NCBI GenBank assembly: GCA_015494465.1
Contig: WGBD01000011.1
Location: forward strand, 3,553-67,552
Length of the DNA: 64,000 nt
Origin: Candidatus Omnitrophota bacterium
GTDB lineage: Bacteria; Omnitrophota; Gorgyraeia; S143-82
Reading direction: 5' to 3'
Below the pieces are notes generated by a model. It did not search any database and was not told the origin of the DNA. It saw only the letters and a program-made list of their open reading frames with translations. Shown here in pieces: positions 49,917 to 59,576 of the stretch; the stretch's first letter is position 1; each line of letters starts with the position of its first letter. The position numbers were made by a program, and so were the translations under genes.

Positions 49917-50624
49917 TCAGGAGCAGTGGTAATCCACGAATCGGGAGACGAGATCGCTCAGAAGGGCGTCCTCCTTCCCCATCAGGCTGACCTCTACCGC
50001 GTTCTGTATGGGCAGGCGCTCTATGCTCCGGATGGCCCGTATCAGACCGGAAGAGACCCTGACCGCATCACCTAGACCGACCTGACAGCGGGAACAGATG
50101 AGCCCCCCTTCCCTGTGGCTGAACCAGGTAGGTTCCTGCGGGCCGGGCAGATACCCACACCTCAGGCAACTACGCAGGTGAGGCTTGAAACCGGAGAGGT
50201 TGAGTAGTTTTATCTCAAAGGCCCGTATCAGGCGGGCCGGTCCTACCACGGGGACCAGACGAAGCGTCTCCAGGGCCAGGGCGTAGAGTTCTGGGTTGGG
50301 CTGATGGACCGGGCTTATCCTGTCTATCAACTCCATAAGCCGGCTAGCAACGGTGAAGCCCTCCTTGGAGGTCGTCGGCAAGGCCCTCCTCAGGAGACTG
50401 CACTGGGATACCAGATGCAGACCGGAATGCCGGGAAGGATAAAAGACCACCTCGTTTACGGTGAACAGGTCCACGGAAGAGGCGAACTTGCGGGGATCCT
50501 TGCGTATCCCTTTCAATATCCCGTGGAACTTCCCGTGAGTAGGAGAAAAGAAGACCGCAATGAGGGAGGTCTCGCGTATCGGGAACCTGCGCAGAACTAG
50601 TGCCTCAGTCTTCTGAATCGCCAT
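49917..50624 (-). CDS. recO: DNA repair protein RecO
   Basis: 235 aa. N-terminal OB fold (KTEALVLRRFPIRETSLI) and C-terminal 4-Cys zinc motif CLRCGY...CSRC. Confidence 0.85.
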   Translation of the reverse strand: MAIQKTEALVLRRFPIRETSLIAVFFSPTHGKFHGILKGIRKDPRKFASSVDLFTVNEVVFYPSRHSGLHLVSQCSLLRRALPTTSKEGFTVASRLMELIDRISPVHQPNPELYALALETLRLVPVVGPARLIRAFEIKLLNLSGFKPHLRSCLRCGYLPGPQEPTWFSHREGGLICSRCQVGLGDAVRVSSGLIRAIRSIERLPIQNAVEVSLMGKEDALLSDLVSRFVDYHCS

Positions 50625-51669
50625 AAAGGGTCGGAAACTTCCCTGCCTTGAGCTCTTCCACTATCTTGGAGATGTACACCCTCCGCTCCACGGATGTGGG
50701 ATGGGTGCGCCAGAAGTCCCTTATCATACTCTCGGGCACCTCTATCGCAAACCTCTCCCAGATGTCTTTACCTACATCGATGTCGTATCCTGCCCGGTAG
50801 GCGAGGTACAGGCCCCAGTAGTCCGCCTGCATCTCCAACTCCCGGGAGTACCCGCTCTCCACCGCCCCTATCCCCGCGGAGACGACCGCTGAACCCAATC
50901 CCGGGATCTCCGAATCCAGCTTAGCCCCGAGGATGGAGTTCAATATGTTGGACAGGAGGTTCACCCCTGCCATCTTGCGGTGATGCCTTAGGAGGATGTG
51001 GGCTATCTCGTGCCCCAAGACCACCGCCAGTTCGTCGTCCGACCTGATGAACCTCATCATACCGTAGGTGACCACTACCGAATGGGGAGTGGCCATGGAG
51101 TTTATCTCCGGAGAGGAGGACATGTAAAAGTCTATCCACACCGGCCTCCAGTCCAATCGGGCCATTCGGACCTTTCTATCGTACCCGTCGCTGAGGTCCA
51201 ACTCCACATATTCTCCCGGACGGTAACGATAAAGAGCAGAAAGGTAATCCCGATAATCCCTCACCGAATAATCGCCCAACCCCAAGAGTATCTCTCCGGG
51301 AGAGACCGCAAGGTCCTCACAGGAGGTCCCGGGAACCCTTTCTCCTACCACCAGGAACCTTCCCTCGGGCAGGTCAAAGGCCATCGCGGTCTCCTCATTG
51401 TTCTCCACGAGCACCAATCCCAGATAGGGATAATCACCCTGATATAGTTCTTTGGGGATGTGAGTAAGGATCCTGTACCCAACCTTTGCCACCCTCTTCC
51501 AGAGGGAGAGGCGGTACCTCACCGCCTTGGCGGCAAGGTCCCTCTGATAGACCGCCACCTCCTCGGGCGTTGCCCTCGGGCCTTCGTAGACACAGCCCGA
51601 GGAGACCGTCAGGGCCAAGGTTAGGCCCAGTAGTACAAGTCTGTATCTTCCAATGTGAATGCGGACCAT
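50605..51669 (-). CDS. M48-family zinc metallopeptidase lipoprotein
   Basis: Signal peptide with lipobox VSSGC. HEIAH zincin motif with a downstream Glu (LEMQAD) typical of M48 (LoiP/BepA-like) peptidases. Confidence 0.78.
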   Translation of the reverse strand: MVRIHIGRYRLVLLGLTLALTVSSGCVYEGPRATPEEVAVYQRDLAAKAVRYRLSLWKRVAKVGYRILTHIPKELYQGDYPYLGLVLVENNEETAMAFDLPEGRFLVVGERVPGTSCEDLAVSPGEILLGLGDYSVRDYRDYLSALYRYRPGEYVELDLSDGYDRKVRMARLDWRPVWIDFYMSSSPEINSMATPHSVVVTYGMMRFIRSDDELAVVLGHEIAHILLRHHRKMAGVNLLSNILNSILGAKLDSEIPGLGSAVVSAGIGAVESGYSRELEMQADYWGLYLAYRAGYDIDVGKDIWERFAIEVPESMIRDFWRTHPTSVERRVYISKIVEELKAGKFPTLYGDSED

Positions 51670-51992
51670 ATCACATCCTTTACCCCGTCCCAGTCCACAC
51701 CCATCACCGTAAAGTGGTAATCGAGGTCTTGTTGCGGGAGCCTCTCTTGGATAAAGCTCACCGCGGTCTTGACTATCCTGCGCATCTTCCTGACATCAAC
51801 GCTCTCCAACGCCGAGACCAACGAGGTTTCGCCCCGGTGTCTCACCTCCACGAAGAAGACCTCTCTCCCCTTGCGGGCAACTATGTCCACCTCACCAAAG
51901 GGTTTTTTATAGTTGCGGGCAAGAATGGAAAACCCGTTATCCTTCAAGAATCTCACCGCTATGTCCTCGTAAATATCTCCCGGATTCACCAC
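51621..51992 (-). CDS. yraN: YraN-family (UPF0102) predicted endonuclease
   Basis: 123 aa. EVDIVARKGREVFFVEVRHR matches the UPF0102 restriction-endonuclease-like core. Sits in the conserved position downstream of rnhB. Confidence 0.8.
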   Translation of the reverse strand: MVNPGDIYEDIAVRFLKDNGFSILARNYKKPFGEVDIVARKGREVFFVEVRHRGETSLVSALESVDVRKMRRIVKTAVSFIQERLPQQDLDYHFTVMGVDWDGVKDVIWSAFTLEDTDLYYWA

Positions 51993-52600
51993 AACCTCAT
52001 CTGGACTACCGGATCGTAACTCCTCCTGTGCACCCGCGAGGGACCGTATTGGTTTATAGCCTTTATGTGATCCTCGGTAGCGTAGCCCTTGTGTCGAGCA
52101 AAGCCGTACTGAGGGTAGAGCACATCAAGGCCCAGCATTATACCGTCCCGCACCACCTTGGAGAGGATAGAGGCACAGGAGACCTGCGGTACAGATAAGT
52201 CCGCCTTCACCGTGGGCACGCACACCGAATCCAGATCCTCGGGCAGGGGTATACAGTCCCTGCCGTCCACCACCACCTCGATGCGATAGTCCCTCAGGGC
52301 CGGATGTTTTTTTATCAACGCCTCCAATGCCCGGGCCATCCCCGACAGGGTGGCTCGACGGATGTTCAACCTGTCTATGGTGTAGACATCCACGATGGCA
52401 ACCGACCAGTAGAGGTTCTTGGTGATGAACTCAAAGGCGGATCTCCTGCGCTTGGGGGTGAGGCGCTTGGAATCGGCGATGGCGATGTCTTTGGGGAATT
52501 CTATACCTTCCGGAAATGCCACCGCCGAACAGACCACTGGACCCGCCAACGGGCCTCTGCCTGCCTCATCTACCCCCACGGTCAGCGTCCTTCGCCCCAT
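51986..52600 (-). CDS. rnhB: Ribonuclease HII
   Basis: 204 aa. GVDEAGRGPLAGPVV active-site motif. Confidence 0.92.
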   Translation of the reverse strand: MGRRTLTVGVDEAGRGPLAGPVVCSAVAFPEGIEFPKDIAIADSKRLTPKRRRSAFEFITKNLYWSVAIVDVYTIDRLNIRRATLSGMARALEALIKKHPALRDYRIEVVVDGRDCIPLPEDLDSVCVPTVKADLSVPQVSCASILSKVVRDGIMLGLDVLYPQYGFARHKGYATEDHIKAINQYGPSRVHRRSYDPVVQMRLW

Positions 52601-53369
52601 CCAGGTACTCCAAGTCTTCTAAGGTGTACTCGTAGCGCTCCACCAACCTCATCTCTCCATCTATTTTATCCCAAATCATCAACTTGGTGGGGAGTTTGAG
52701 ACTGGGATTGAACTCTATTCGGGCGCGGTAGCAGTAGAATTCGGGATACCTGTCCTTGGGCAATGTTATCTCCAGACATATGTTCCCCGATCCGTCACTG
52801 CAATCCTCCACATCCAGATCCACCCCGTAGTCCTGCGCCAACCTCAACTGCTCTTGCAACACCTTGGCGATGTAATCAAACCCTGCGTGGTATATGGGAT
52901 GAAGGCTGTCCTTCATCGCCAGATCCGAGAGGGGATCGAGTTTGACCTTGAAGATTCTCTTCCAACCCGGGCCCCGGGCAACCAATCGGTAGTCGTTCTC
53001 CCCAGCCGGCCACCATACCTCCTGCCCCCGCTTGTTGGGGCTCAACCATCTCATGTGTATCCGCTTATCCAAGCGGTCCACCTCCACCTCTATCTCCTCT
53101 TCAGGAGTGTACCTGCCGTTCTTGTAAACCCTCTTCCTGCCAACGAATACATAGCCCCTGAGACGGTTCAACGAGTCCTCAAAGCCCGCCAATATCTGTC
53201 TGAGGCGGGCGAGTTTCTTTAAAAACTCTTTCTGAGATACCACCAATCCTTTGCTTGGCGAAGAGGTACTCTCCTCCCAGGTAGACTCTTCTATCCGGGC
53301 AAACCATACCCCCAAAGAAAGCGAGGCCATTAACCCGATAACCAATGCAACCCTAATGCCTAAACTCAT
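52566..53369 (-). CDS. Exported hypothetical protein, DUF1571/LolA-like
   Basis: 267 aa. N-terminal signal anchor IRVALVIGLMASLSLGVWFA. The body pattern RIHMRWLSPNKRGQEVWWPAGENDYRLVARG resembles DUF1571-family proteins. This is from memory of the family, with moderate confidence. Confidence 0.5.
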   Translation of the reverse strand: MSLGIRVALVIGLMASLSLGVWFARIEESTWEESTSSPSKGLVVSQKEFLKKLARLRQILAGFEDSLNRLRGYVFVGRKRVYKNGRYTPEEEIEVEVDRLDKRIHMRWLSPNKRGQEVWWPAGENDYRLVARGPGWKRIFKVKLDPLSDLAMKDSLHPIYHAGFDYIAKVLQEQLRLAQDYGVDLDVEDCSDGSGNICLEITLPKDRYPEFYCYRARIEFNPSLKLPTKLMIWDKIDGEMRLVERYEYTLEDLEYLDGAKDADRGGR

Positions 53370-54321
53370 GCCTTATCCTATCCCCCGCCAATTCGTCCAG
53401 ACCGTAATCCTCCTGCCACCAGCCCTTCTCCAGACCGAGCGAGAGCATCCACTCTTGCACATCCCTGTACTCCTTTCGGGTTATCCGCCGGGATACCTCC
53501 GGGACCTCGCCGGCCTTGTAGAAGGGATAGTACTGGCTCATGAGGGATATGTATACATCCTTTCCCAGATTCGTCCTTATCCACCTGAACCAGTCAAAGG
53601 ATCCCGAGGCATCGTTGGGCAGGACCAGGTGCCTTATCAGGACGCCTTTTAGCATAACTCCATCGGGAGAGAAGACCACCGATGGCCGTTGACGATACAT
53701 CTCCAAGAGAGCAGACCTTGCCACCTCAGGATAGTCTTTACTGCGGGCCAGTTTCATACTCCAGCGGCGGTGAAAGAACTTGGTATCCGGCAGGTAGACA
53801 TCCACCACCCCCTCGAGCAAGGCAAGGGTCTCTCTGCGCACATAAGAAGAGGTGTTGTAGACCAAAGGCAGGCGCAGGCCCATCGACACCGCTCTGTCCA
53901 AGGCCAATACTATGTGGGGCAGGTAATGTTCAGGAGTAACCAGATTGATGTTGTGCACTCCCATTGCCTGAAGTTCCAGCATGATGCGGGCGAGGTCGTC
54001 TATAGAGTAGATGCGCCCCTCGCCTTCCTGAGAGAAACGATAATTCTGACAGAATACGCACCCCAACGGACAGTGGGAGAAGAATATAGTCCCCGATCCC
54101 CCCTGCCCACTAATGCAGGGCTCCTCACCGGTGTGCACCATGTACCCGGCCAGTTCCAAATCAGCGCTAGCAGAGCAGAACCCCCTCTGGCCCTTCAACC
54201 TGTTCACACCGCAGGACCGGGGGCAGAGGCGACAGTTCTCCAATTGAGCCCAGAGATGCTCCCCTATCTCACGGAGCCTGCCTTCCCGTGCCAGTCTTAG
54301 ATAATCCGGCTCTATCGCCAT
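53353..54321 (-). CDS. Radical SAM protein, PflX-like (COG1313; pyruvate formate-lyase activating-enzyme homolog of unknown substrate)
   Basis: 322 aa. N-terminal CRLCPRSCGVNR motif and radical-SAM cluster CPLGCVFCQN. The gene overlaps the upstream gene by 53 nt and the downstream gene by 17 nt. Confidence 0.75.
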   Translation of the reverse strand: MAIEPDYLRLAREGRLREIGEHLWAQLENCRLCPRSCGVNRLKGQRGFCSASADLELAGYMVHTGEEPCISGQGGSGTIFFSHCPLGCVFCQNYRFSQEGEGRIYSIDDLARIMLELQAMGVHNINLVTPEHYLPHIVLALDRAVSMGLRLPLVYNTSSYVRRETLALLEGVVDVYLPDTKFFHRRWSMKLARSKDYPEVARSALLEMYRQRPSVVFSPDGVMLKGVLIRHLVLPNDASGSFDWFRWIRTNLGKDVYISLMSQYYPFYKAGEVPEVSRRITRKEYRDVQEWMLSLGLEKGWWQEDYGLDELAGDRIRHEFRH

Positions 54322-55291
54322 ACCTGTGCCTCAACAGGGTCGATACGAAGACGACCTTCACATTCTCCAACAACTCCGGTTCCATAATCAGTAGGGTATC
54401 CAAGGTAGAGGTGCGGTCGTGGCCTATCAATACGGCGTAGCCCTTCCTGCGGGCTATCTTCATCCCTAATCTGATCTGCCCCTTTATGTACTCAGGATTC
54501 AGGTCGTTATCTATAAAGACATCTCTCTTCACGCAGGGCAAACCCACTTCCTTTGCCACCTCCGTCACCACGCTCTTAGGAGAGGAGTAACTGTCCAGGA
54601 AAAACAACCCCCGCCGTTTCAACTCCCGCAATACGATCCGCATCACCCTGCGATCAGCGGTGGCCCGTGAGCCCATGTGGTTGTTGACGCCCTTTGCGTA
54701 CGGTACTTCCGCCAAGGCCCAATCGAGGATGCCTCGGATCTCCTCCTCACTCATCTCCACGGTTACGGTCCTAGGCTCCCAATGGGAACGGGAGAGTTTC
54801 ATCGGCTCCATTGGCAGATGGAGCATCACCTCTTTGTGGTATAACCGACACACCTGAGCAACCTGCCTGCTGAACCTGTGCCCCGGCAGTATCGCTATGT
54901 CCAGCGGGATACCTATCTCCTTCAGGTAGTGAATGTTCCTGTCGGAATATCCCCAGTCGTCCAGGACTATCGCCAGATAGGGGCGGGAGGATACCTTGGC
55001 GGATATTTGAGCTTTTAGGTTTGGTTTACCGGTCTTCTTCTTTTTAGACCCGGAAGCCCTCTTCTGAGGCGCTGCCCCTCGAGAAGATAGCTCCGTGGCC
55101 TTCCGAGATCTCAGGAGTCTCAACTGAGACTTCAGTTGCTGATTCTCTATCCAGAGCACGAGGACAAAAAGAGACAAGAAGAACAGACCCGCCAAAAGGA
55201 GCCATATAATCTCCTTCCTCCAGTCGAGTGGAGCCCTCTCTGGCCTCCTCTCCCTCCTCTTCTTGCCCCGCCTAGGCCTGCCCCCCATCAC
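54269..55291 (-). CDS. Divergent polysaccharide deacetylase family protein (YibQ-like), membrane anchored
   Basis: 340 aa. Basic N-terminus followed by a TM helix [21 protein letters not shown]. The periplasmic domain shows the YibQ-family pattern [13 protein letters not shown]... [11 protein letters not shown]. The start overlaps the DAHP synthase stop (ATGA). Confidence 0.7.
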   Translation of the reverse strand: MMGGRPRRGKKRRERRPERAPLDWRKEIIWLLLAGLFFLSLFVLVLWIENQQLKSQLRLLRSRKATELSSRGAAPQKRASGSKKKKTGKPNLKAQISAKVSSRPYLAIVLDDWGYSDRNIHYLKEIGIPLDIAILPGHRFSRQVAQVCRLYHKEVMLHLPMEPMKLSRSHWEPRTVTVEMSEEEIRGILDWALAEVPYAKGVNNHMGSRATADRRVMRIVLRELKRRGLFFLDSYSSPKSVVTEVAKEVGLPCVKRDVFIDNDLNPEYIKGQIRLGMKIARRKGYAVLIGHDRTSTLDTLLIMEPELLENVKVVFVSTLLRHRYGDRAGLSKTGTGRQAP

Positions 55292-56301
55292 AGATCTCTA
55301 CCCACCGCCTGGGCAACCTTGCGCACATCCCTCACCAGCTCCTGGAACATCTCCGGGGTGAGAGACTGGGCACCGTCGGACAGGGCCTCCTCTGGACAGG
55401 TGTGGACCTCTATCATCAGACCATCCGCACCGGCAGCCACTCCAGCCATAGATACCGCCTTTATCAATTCCCTCTTACCGGTCCCGTGGCTGGGATCCAC
55501 TATCACCGGCAGGTGAGACAGCAACTTCACTGCTGGTATGGCGTTTATGTCCAGGGTATTCCGGGTATGCTGCTCAAAGGTCCTTATTCCCCTTTCACAG
55601 AGTATCACCTCAAAGTTCCCCTCCTTGAGGATGTACTCCGCGGACATCAACCACTCCTTTATGGTGGCACACAGCCCCCGCTTTAGCATGACCGGCTTCT
55701 TTACCTGTCCAACCTCCTTGAGGAGGTTGAAGTTCTGCATGTTCCTGGCACCGATCTGGAGGATGTCCACATACCTGCTCACCAGCTCCACCTGACGGGG
55801 CTCCATGACCTCGCTTATGGTGACCAGGCCGAGTTCATCTGCTACCTGGCGCATGTACTTCAGGCCCTCTTCCCCTAGGCCCTGGAAGGAATAAGGTGAA
55901 GTGCGGGGTTTAAAAGCCCCACCCCGAAGTATCACCGCCCCTGCGGACTTCACTGCCCGAGCGATGTCCCTCAACCGATCCAACCCTTCTATGGAACAGG
56001 GGCCAGCCATTAGCACGATCTTATCCCCACCTATCTCCACATCCTTTACCCTAATGACCGTGGATTCGGGCTTGAACTCCCGTGAGACGAGCTTATAAGG
56101 GGCCATCACCGGCATAACCTTTTCAACACCCGGGCAGGCCTCGATAGGCTGACCCAAAAGGAGAGACTCGTCGCCAATAACACCTATGATGGTCCTCTCC
56201 ACTCCTCTAGAGACCATGGTCTTCAATCCAAGGCTCTCTACCCGCTGTACGACATGATCGACCTGATCCTGGGTGGCGTTGGCCTTCATAACGATTATCA
56301 T
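55288..56301 (-). CDS. aroG: 3-deoxy-7-phosphoheptulonate (DAHP) synthase, class I-beta, with an N-terminal ferredoxin-like regulatory domain
   Basis: ATG at 56301 is preceded by GGAGGTG; the hisC stop TGA sits between the SD and the ATG. An N-terminal regulatory domain of about 70 aa precedes a KDSA/DAHPS TIM barrel ([20 protein letters not shown]). The gene symbol is generic. Confidence 0.85.
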   Translation of the reverse strand: MIIVMKANATQDQVDHVVQRVESLGLKTMVSRGVERTIIGVIGDESLLLGQPIEACPGVEKVMPVMAPYKLVSREFKPESTVIRVKDVEIGGDKIVLMAGPCSIEGLDRLRDIARAVKSAGAVILRGGAFKPRTSPYSFQGLGEEGLKYMRQVADELGLVTISEVMEPRQVELVSRYVDILQIGARNMQNFNLLKEVGQVKKPVMLKRGLCATIKEWLMSAEYILKEGNFEVILCERGIRTFEQHTRNTLDINAIPAVKLLSHLPVIVDPSHGTGKRELIKAVSMAGVAAGADGLMIEVHTCPEEALSDGAQSLTPEMFQELVRDVRKVAQAVGRDL

Positions 56302-56306
56302 AAAAA

Positions 56307-57410
56307 TCACCTCCTATTCTTCAGAAACGCCTTCACTGCCTTTACGAACCTCCGATTCTCCCGAGGTTGCCCTACGGTAACCCTGATGTAGTCCTGAAGT
56401 CCCCAGGCCTTCATGTGTCTCACTATTATCCCAGACTTCAAGAGGTATTCAACCAGTTCCTCGCTCTTCGGCCCCACTTTTACCAAAAGAAAGTTGGTGG
56501 CAGAATCCAAAACCTCCAGACCAAGGCTACTTAGTGCCTTGCGAAGAAACCCTTTTTCCCGTTTAAAAAGGCGGTATATCCGCTCGTAATATTCCTTGCT
56601 ATCCAAGGCTGCTATCCCAGCCACTTGGGCGAGGCTATTCACATTGAATGGTTCCCTTACCCGGTTCATGAGGTCTATTACTTCCTTACGAGCGAATGCG
56701 TAACCCAACCTTACGCCTGCCAGACCGTAGTACTTAGAAAAGGTGCGAGAGACCACCACGTTCTTGCCTGCCTTCAAAAAGTCCAGGCCGTTGGGATAAT
56801 CCTCAAGCTCCCTTGCGAACTCGTAGTAGGCCTCGTCCAGAAACACGCACACCTCCTCCGGGATGCTATTCAAGAATCTGGCCAGCTCCTCTTTGGTCAC
56901 ATAGGTACCAGTGGGGTTATCGGGATTGGCAATGAAGACCAGCTTCGTGGAATCGGTTATCGCCGAGCTGATGGCTCCAAGATCGTAGCGCATCCCCTTG
57001 GCAGGCACCTCCCTCACCCGAATACCCTCTACCAATCCCGCAATCTTGTAGATGAGAAATGTAGGGAAAGAGGTGACTATCTCCTGCCCAGGGGCAACCA
57101 GGGAGCGCACCGCAAATACGATTATCTCATCACTTCCGTTACCAAAAATGATCTGATCCTCAGAGACACCGAACTCCTTGGCTATCCTCTGGCGCAGGTA
57201 GTATTGATTCCCTTCCGGATAGCGATTTATCCCACTCACTGCCCGGCATATGGCCTTACGCACTCGAGGAGAGGGGGGGAAGGGATTCTCGTTAGAGGCC
57301 AGTTTTACCACATCCCTTACGCCAAGCTCCCGCTTCAGTTCCTCTATGGGTTTACCTGGCTTGTATACCGCTATGTTACGCAGATAAGTGCGCAAGGATC
57401 CGTCCCCCAA
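56307..57410 (-). CDS. hisC: Histidinol-phosphate aminotransferase
   Basis: 367 aa class II aminotransferase (KLASNENPFPPSP; PLP-lysine region YGLAGVRLGYA). Apparent TTG start at 57410, only 11 nt downstream of the tRNA-Arg 3' end, with no SD. Confidence 0.88.
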   Translation of the reverse strand: MGDGSLRTYLRNIAVYKPGKPIEELKRELGVRDVVKLASNENPFPPSPRVRKAICRAVSGINRYPEGNQYYLRQRIAKEFGVSEDQIIFGNGSDEIIVFAVRSLVAPGQEIVTSFPTFLIYKIAGLVEGIRVREVPAKGMRYDLGAISSAITDSTKLVFIANPDNPTGTYVTKEELARFLNSIPEEVCVFLDEAYYEFARELEDYPNGLDFLKAGKNVVVSRTFSKYYGLAGVRLGYAFARKEVIDLMNRVREPFNVNSLAQVAGIAALDSKEYYERIYRLFKREKGFLRKALSSLGLEVLDSATNFLLVKVGPKSEELVEYLLKSGIIVRHMKAWGLQDYIRVTVGQPRENRRFVKAVKAFLKNRR

Positions 57411-57421
57411 ACAAAAAATCC

Positions 57422-57495
57422 CGCGCCCAGAGGGACTCGAACCCCCAACACCCAGCTCCGTAGGCTGGTGCTCTATCCAATTGAGCTATGGGCGC
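57422..57495 (-). tRNA. tRNA-Arg (anticodon ACG), CCA not encoded
   Basis: Reverse complement is GCGCCCATAGCTCAATTGGATAGAGCACCAGCCTACGGAGCTGGGTGTTGGGGGTTCGAGTCCCTCTGGGCGCG. D-arm GCTCAATTGGATAGAGC, anticodon loop CTACGGA, TTCGAGT T-loop. Confidence 0.88.
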
Positions 57496-57541
57496 AGAAC
57501 ATTTACTTTTACTACTAATCGCAGTAAATTACAACCCCAAA

Positions 57542-59011
57542 CTACTCTACTCGCCAGAACTTGAAGCGGATTATCCTCTTAAGTAGCCCTATCTCCCCAA
57601 CGAACCAGGTGCGTTGGGCAGGTGTGGGGTCTATCTCCTCCTCGTCTATCACATGGTTGCCGTTGACATCCGCACTGGCCCTGACGCTGAAGACATGCCT
57701 TCCCGGTGCAAGGTTGACCAGAAGCACCGAATCCTCTTTAGACCACCTGCTCCACTTCCCTCCATCCAAGGAATAAGAGTAGTAGCACTTGTCGAGGGAA
57801 CAACGATACCGGAAATAGGCATCCGTCTGCTTGGTCACTCCCGTTGGTCCGCTGACGATAATGGTATCCGGGGCAAGTAGTTCCAGGATTATGGAGGAAG
57901 AATACACTCGCGAGACATTGCCTGCCTTATCCATGAACTGGACGAAGACCGTCTGCCTTCCACTGTAGGGCCTCAGTCTCCACTCTAGCTCCTCTCTGTA
58001 ATCCGTCCAGGCAGAGGACTCACATTCCGCTCGGGAGTTCCCTACCCTAACCTTGCTCACCCCTGAATAATTGTCCTGGGCCGACAGCGTTAACAATACA
58101 GTGATACTATTAGTGTGCTTGGCCCCGTGGTTTATCTGAACGGATCCGGTGGGGGGGATCGTGTCCACCGCAAAACCCCATACGAAGGCGCTCGTCCTGT
58201 TGCCTGCCAAATCGCTGGCCTCCACGGAGACGGTTACCCTGCCCTCGGGTAAGATACCGTAATTGACGAAGCAACCGCAGGTTTTGTCGAACTTCAGGTA
58301 CACCCGACGGTTATTTATTCTACACACTACGTGCCTGGCATCCACACCACTGGCCTTATCCTCTATCCAGATCTTAATCGGTTCGTCTCGGGCGTTCAAC
58401 AGCGTCCCACTCTTTGGCTCCACCCGGCTTATCCCCGGAGGCTCGGTGTCCACCCATATGGCAAAACTGCCCACCTCGCCCCAGACACCTGCGCTATTTT
58501 GGGCCTTCACATAGAAGGTATGCTTACCATCGGTAATGGGGTTGTCCTTATAATCTGCAAACTTGCTGGTGGTATCTATCTCGTCGTCTGGATCCGAATC
58601 CAAGGAGTAGCTGTAACCTGCGGGGATGAGCTGGGGATTCTTTATCTCCCAGACGAAGTAAGGCGTAGGATCCGACTGCCACCTTCCAGGGTATATCCTA
58701 AAACCGCCTGGGTGGGTATAGGCCGAGATCCAATCGATGTCGTAAGCACCCTCCTCCTCAGGTCCTTGCCCCAATATAGTGAGCACCGTAAAAAAACCAC
58801 TGGTGATCTTCTTCATCTCCCTAACGATCACCCCAACGAAGGTATCGCCTATAACATGCCTGATGATGTAATTCGCGGAACGCATAGGCGATGTCCCCAT
58901 CGCGGTTATCCAACCCCAGTGCTTGAATTGCTTTGACCTGGGCGGAGAGAATCCCCACAGGTCAACCAGCAGAAAACACCCTAGCAACAAAATCAGCCAC
59001 TTTTTGCGCAT
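57542..59011 (-). CDS. Secreted hypothetical protein with tandem Ig-like/fibronectin-like beta domains (489 aa)
   Basis: Signal peptide MRKKWLILLLGCFLLVDLWGF. Repeated modules are each introduced by VDTEPPGISRVEP, VDTIPPTGSVQI or LLAPDTIIVSGP, with conserved SGV/AGN segments, typical of Big/Ig-like extracellular domains. The 5' end overlaps the trpF 3' end by 50 nt. Confidence 0.6.
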   Translation of the reverse strand: MRKKWLILLLGCFLLVDLWGFSPPRSKQFKHWGWITAMGTSPMRSANYIIRHVIGDTFVGVIVREMKKITSGFFTVLTILGQGPEEEGAYDIDWISAYTHPGGFRIYPGRWQSDPTPYFVWEIKNPQLIPAGYSYSLDSDPDDEIDTTSKFADYKDNPITDGKHTFYVKAQNSAGVWGEVGSFAIWVDTEPPGISRVEPKSGTLLNARDEPIKIWIEDKASGVDARHVVCRINNRRVYLKFDKTCGCFVNYGILPEGRVTVSVEASDLAGNRTSAFVWGFAVDTIPPTGSVQINHGAKHTNSITVLLTLSAQDNYSGVSKVRVGNSRAECESSAWTDYREELEWRLRPYSGRQTVFVQFMDKAGNVSRVYSSSIILELLAPDTIIVSGPTGVTKQTDAYFRYRCSLDKCYYSYSLDGGKWSRWSKEDSVLLVNLAPGRHVFSVRASADVNGNHVIDEEEIDPTPAQRTWFVGEIGLLKRIIRFKFWRVE

Positions 59012-59576
59012 CCTTTAAGCCTGGCTCCCTTTCCAGTCCCGAGGCAACATCAACCCCGTATGGTCTGACCTTTCTCACAGCCTCTGCCACATTCTCTGGT
59101 CTCAAGCCCCCAGCCAATATCACTGGGAGCCTAGCAGACTCCACTACATCCCTGGCCTTATCCCAATCGATAGTAAGCCCCGTCCCTCCCGGACTATCTT
59201 TACCAGAGGCATCCAATAGGATAGCAGAATACCAGCGAGGGATCTCGTCCAAGTCCAGTCCCTCCAAGGCTACCGCCCTTATCAACTTCGATCCCTTCAG
59301 AATTGATCTGGCGGGCTCTGAAGGGTCGAAGTAGAGTTGAAATGTGTCAAACCCTATCTCCTTCAGTAGCTTCAAAAGGTCCAAATCCTCCCGGGTGACG
59401 ACTGCTACCTTGCTCACGAAAACGGGAAGGGCCTGGATGATTCGGGCAGATGTAGGTAGGTCCACCTTTCTGGGGCTTGTGGGATGGAACACGAACCCTA
59501 AGGCGTGTACGCCTAAGCGAACGCACAGCAAGGCATCCTCTAGATTGGTGATCCCACAGATCTTAATCCGAACCAT
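58962..59576 (-). CDS. trpF: N-(5'-phosphoribosyl)anthranilate isomerase
   Basis: 204 aa TIM barrel. MVRIKICGITNLEDALLCVRLGVHALGFVF is the canonical TrpF N-terminus. Confidence 0.9.
   Translation of the reverse strand: MVRIKICGITNLEDALLCVRLGVHALGFVFHPTSPRKVDLPTSARIIQALPVFVSKVAVVTREDLDLLKLLKEIGFDTFQLYFDPSEPARSILKGSKLIRAVALEGLDLDEIPRWYSAILLDASGKDSPGGTGLTIDWDKARDVVESARLPVILAGGLRPENVAEAVRKVRPYGVDVASGLEREPGLKDAQKVADFVARVFSAG

Noticed and set aside
57496-57541. Promoter for tRNA-Arg
   Set aside because: A TTGTAA, 17 nt spacer, TAAAAG arrangement exists, but the -10 lacks the invariant final T. Alternative alignments are no better. This is too weak to list as a feature, and the tRNA may simply be co-transcribed with the upstream gene.
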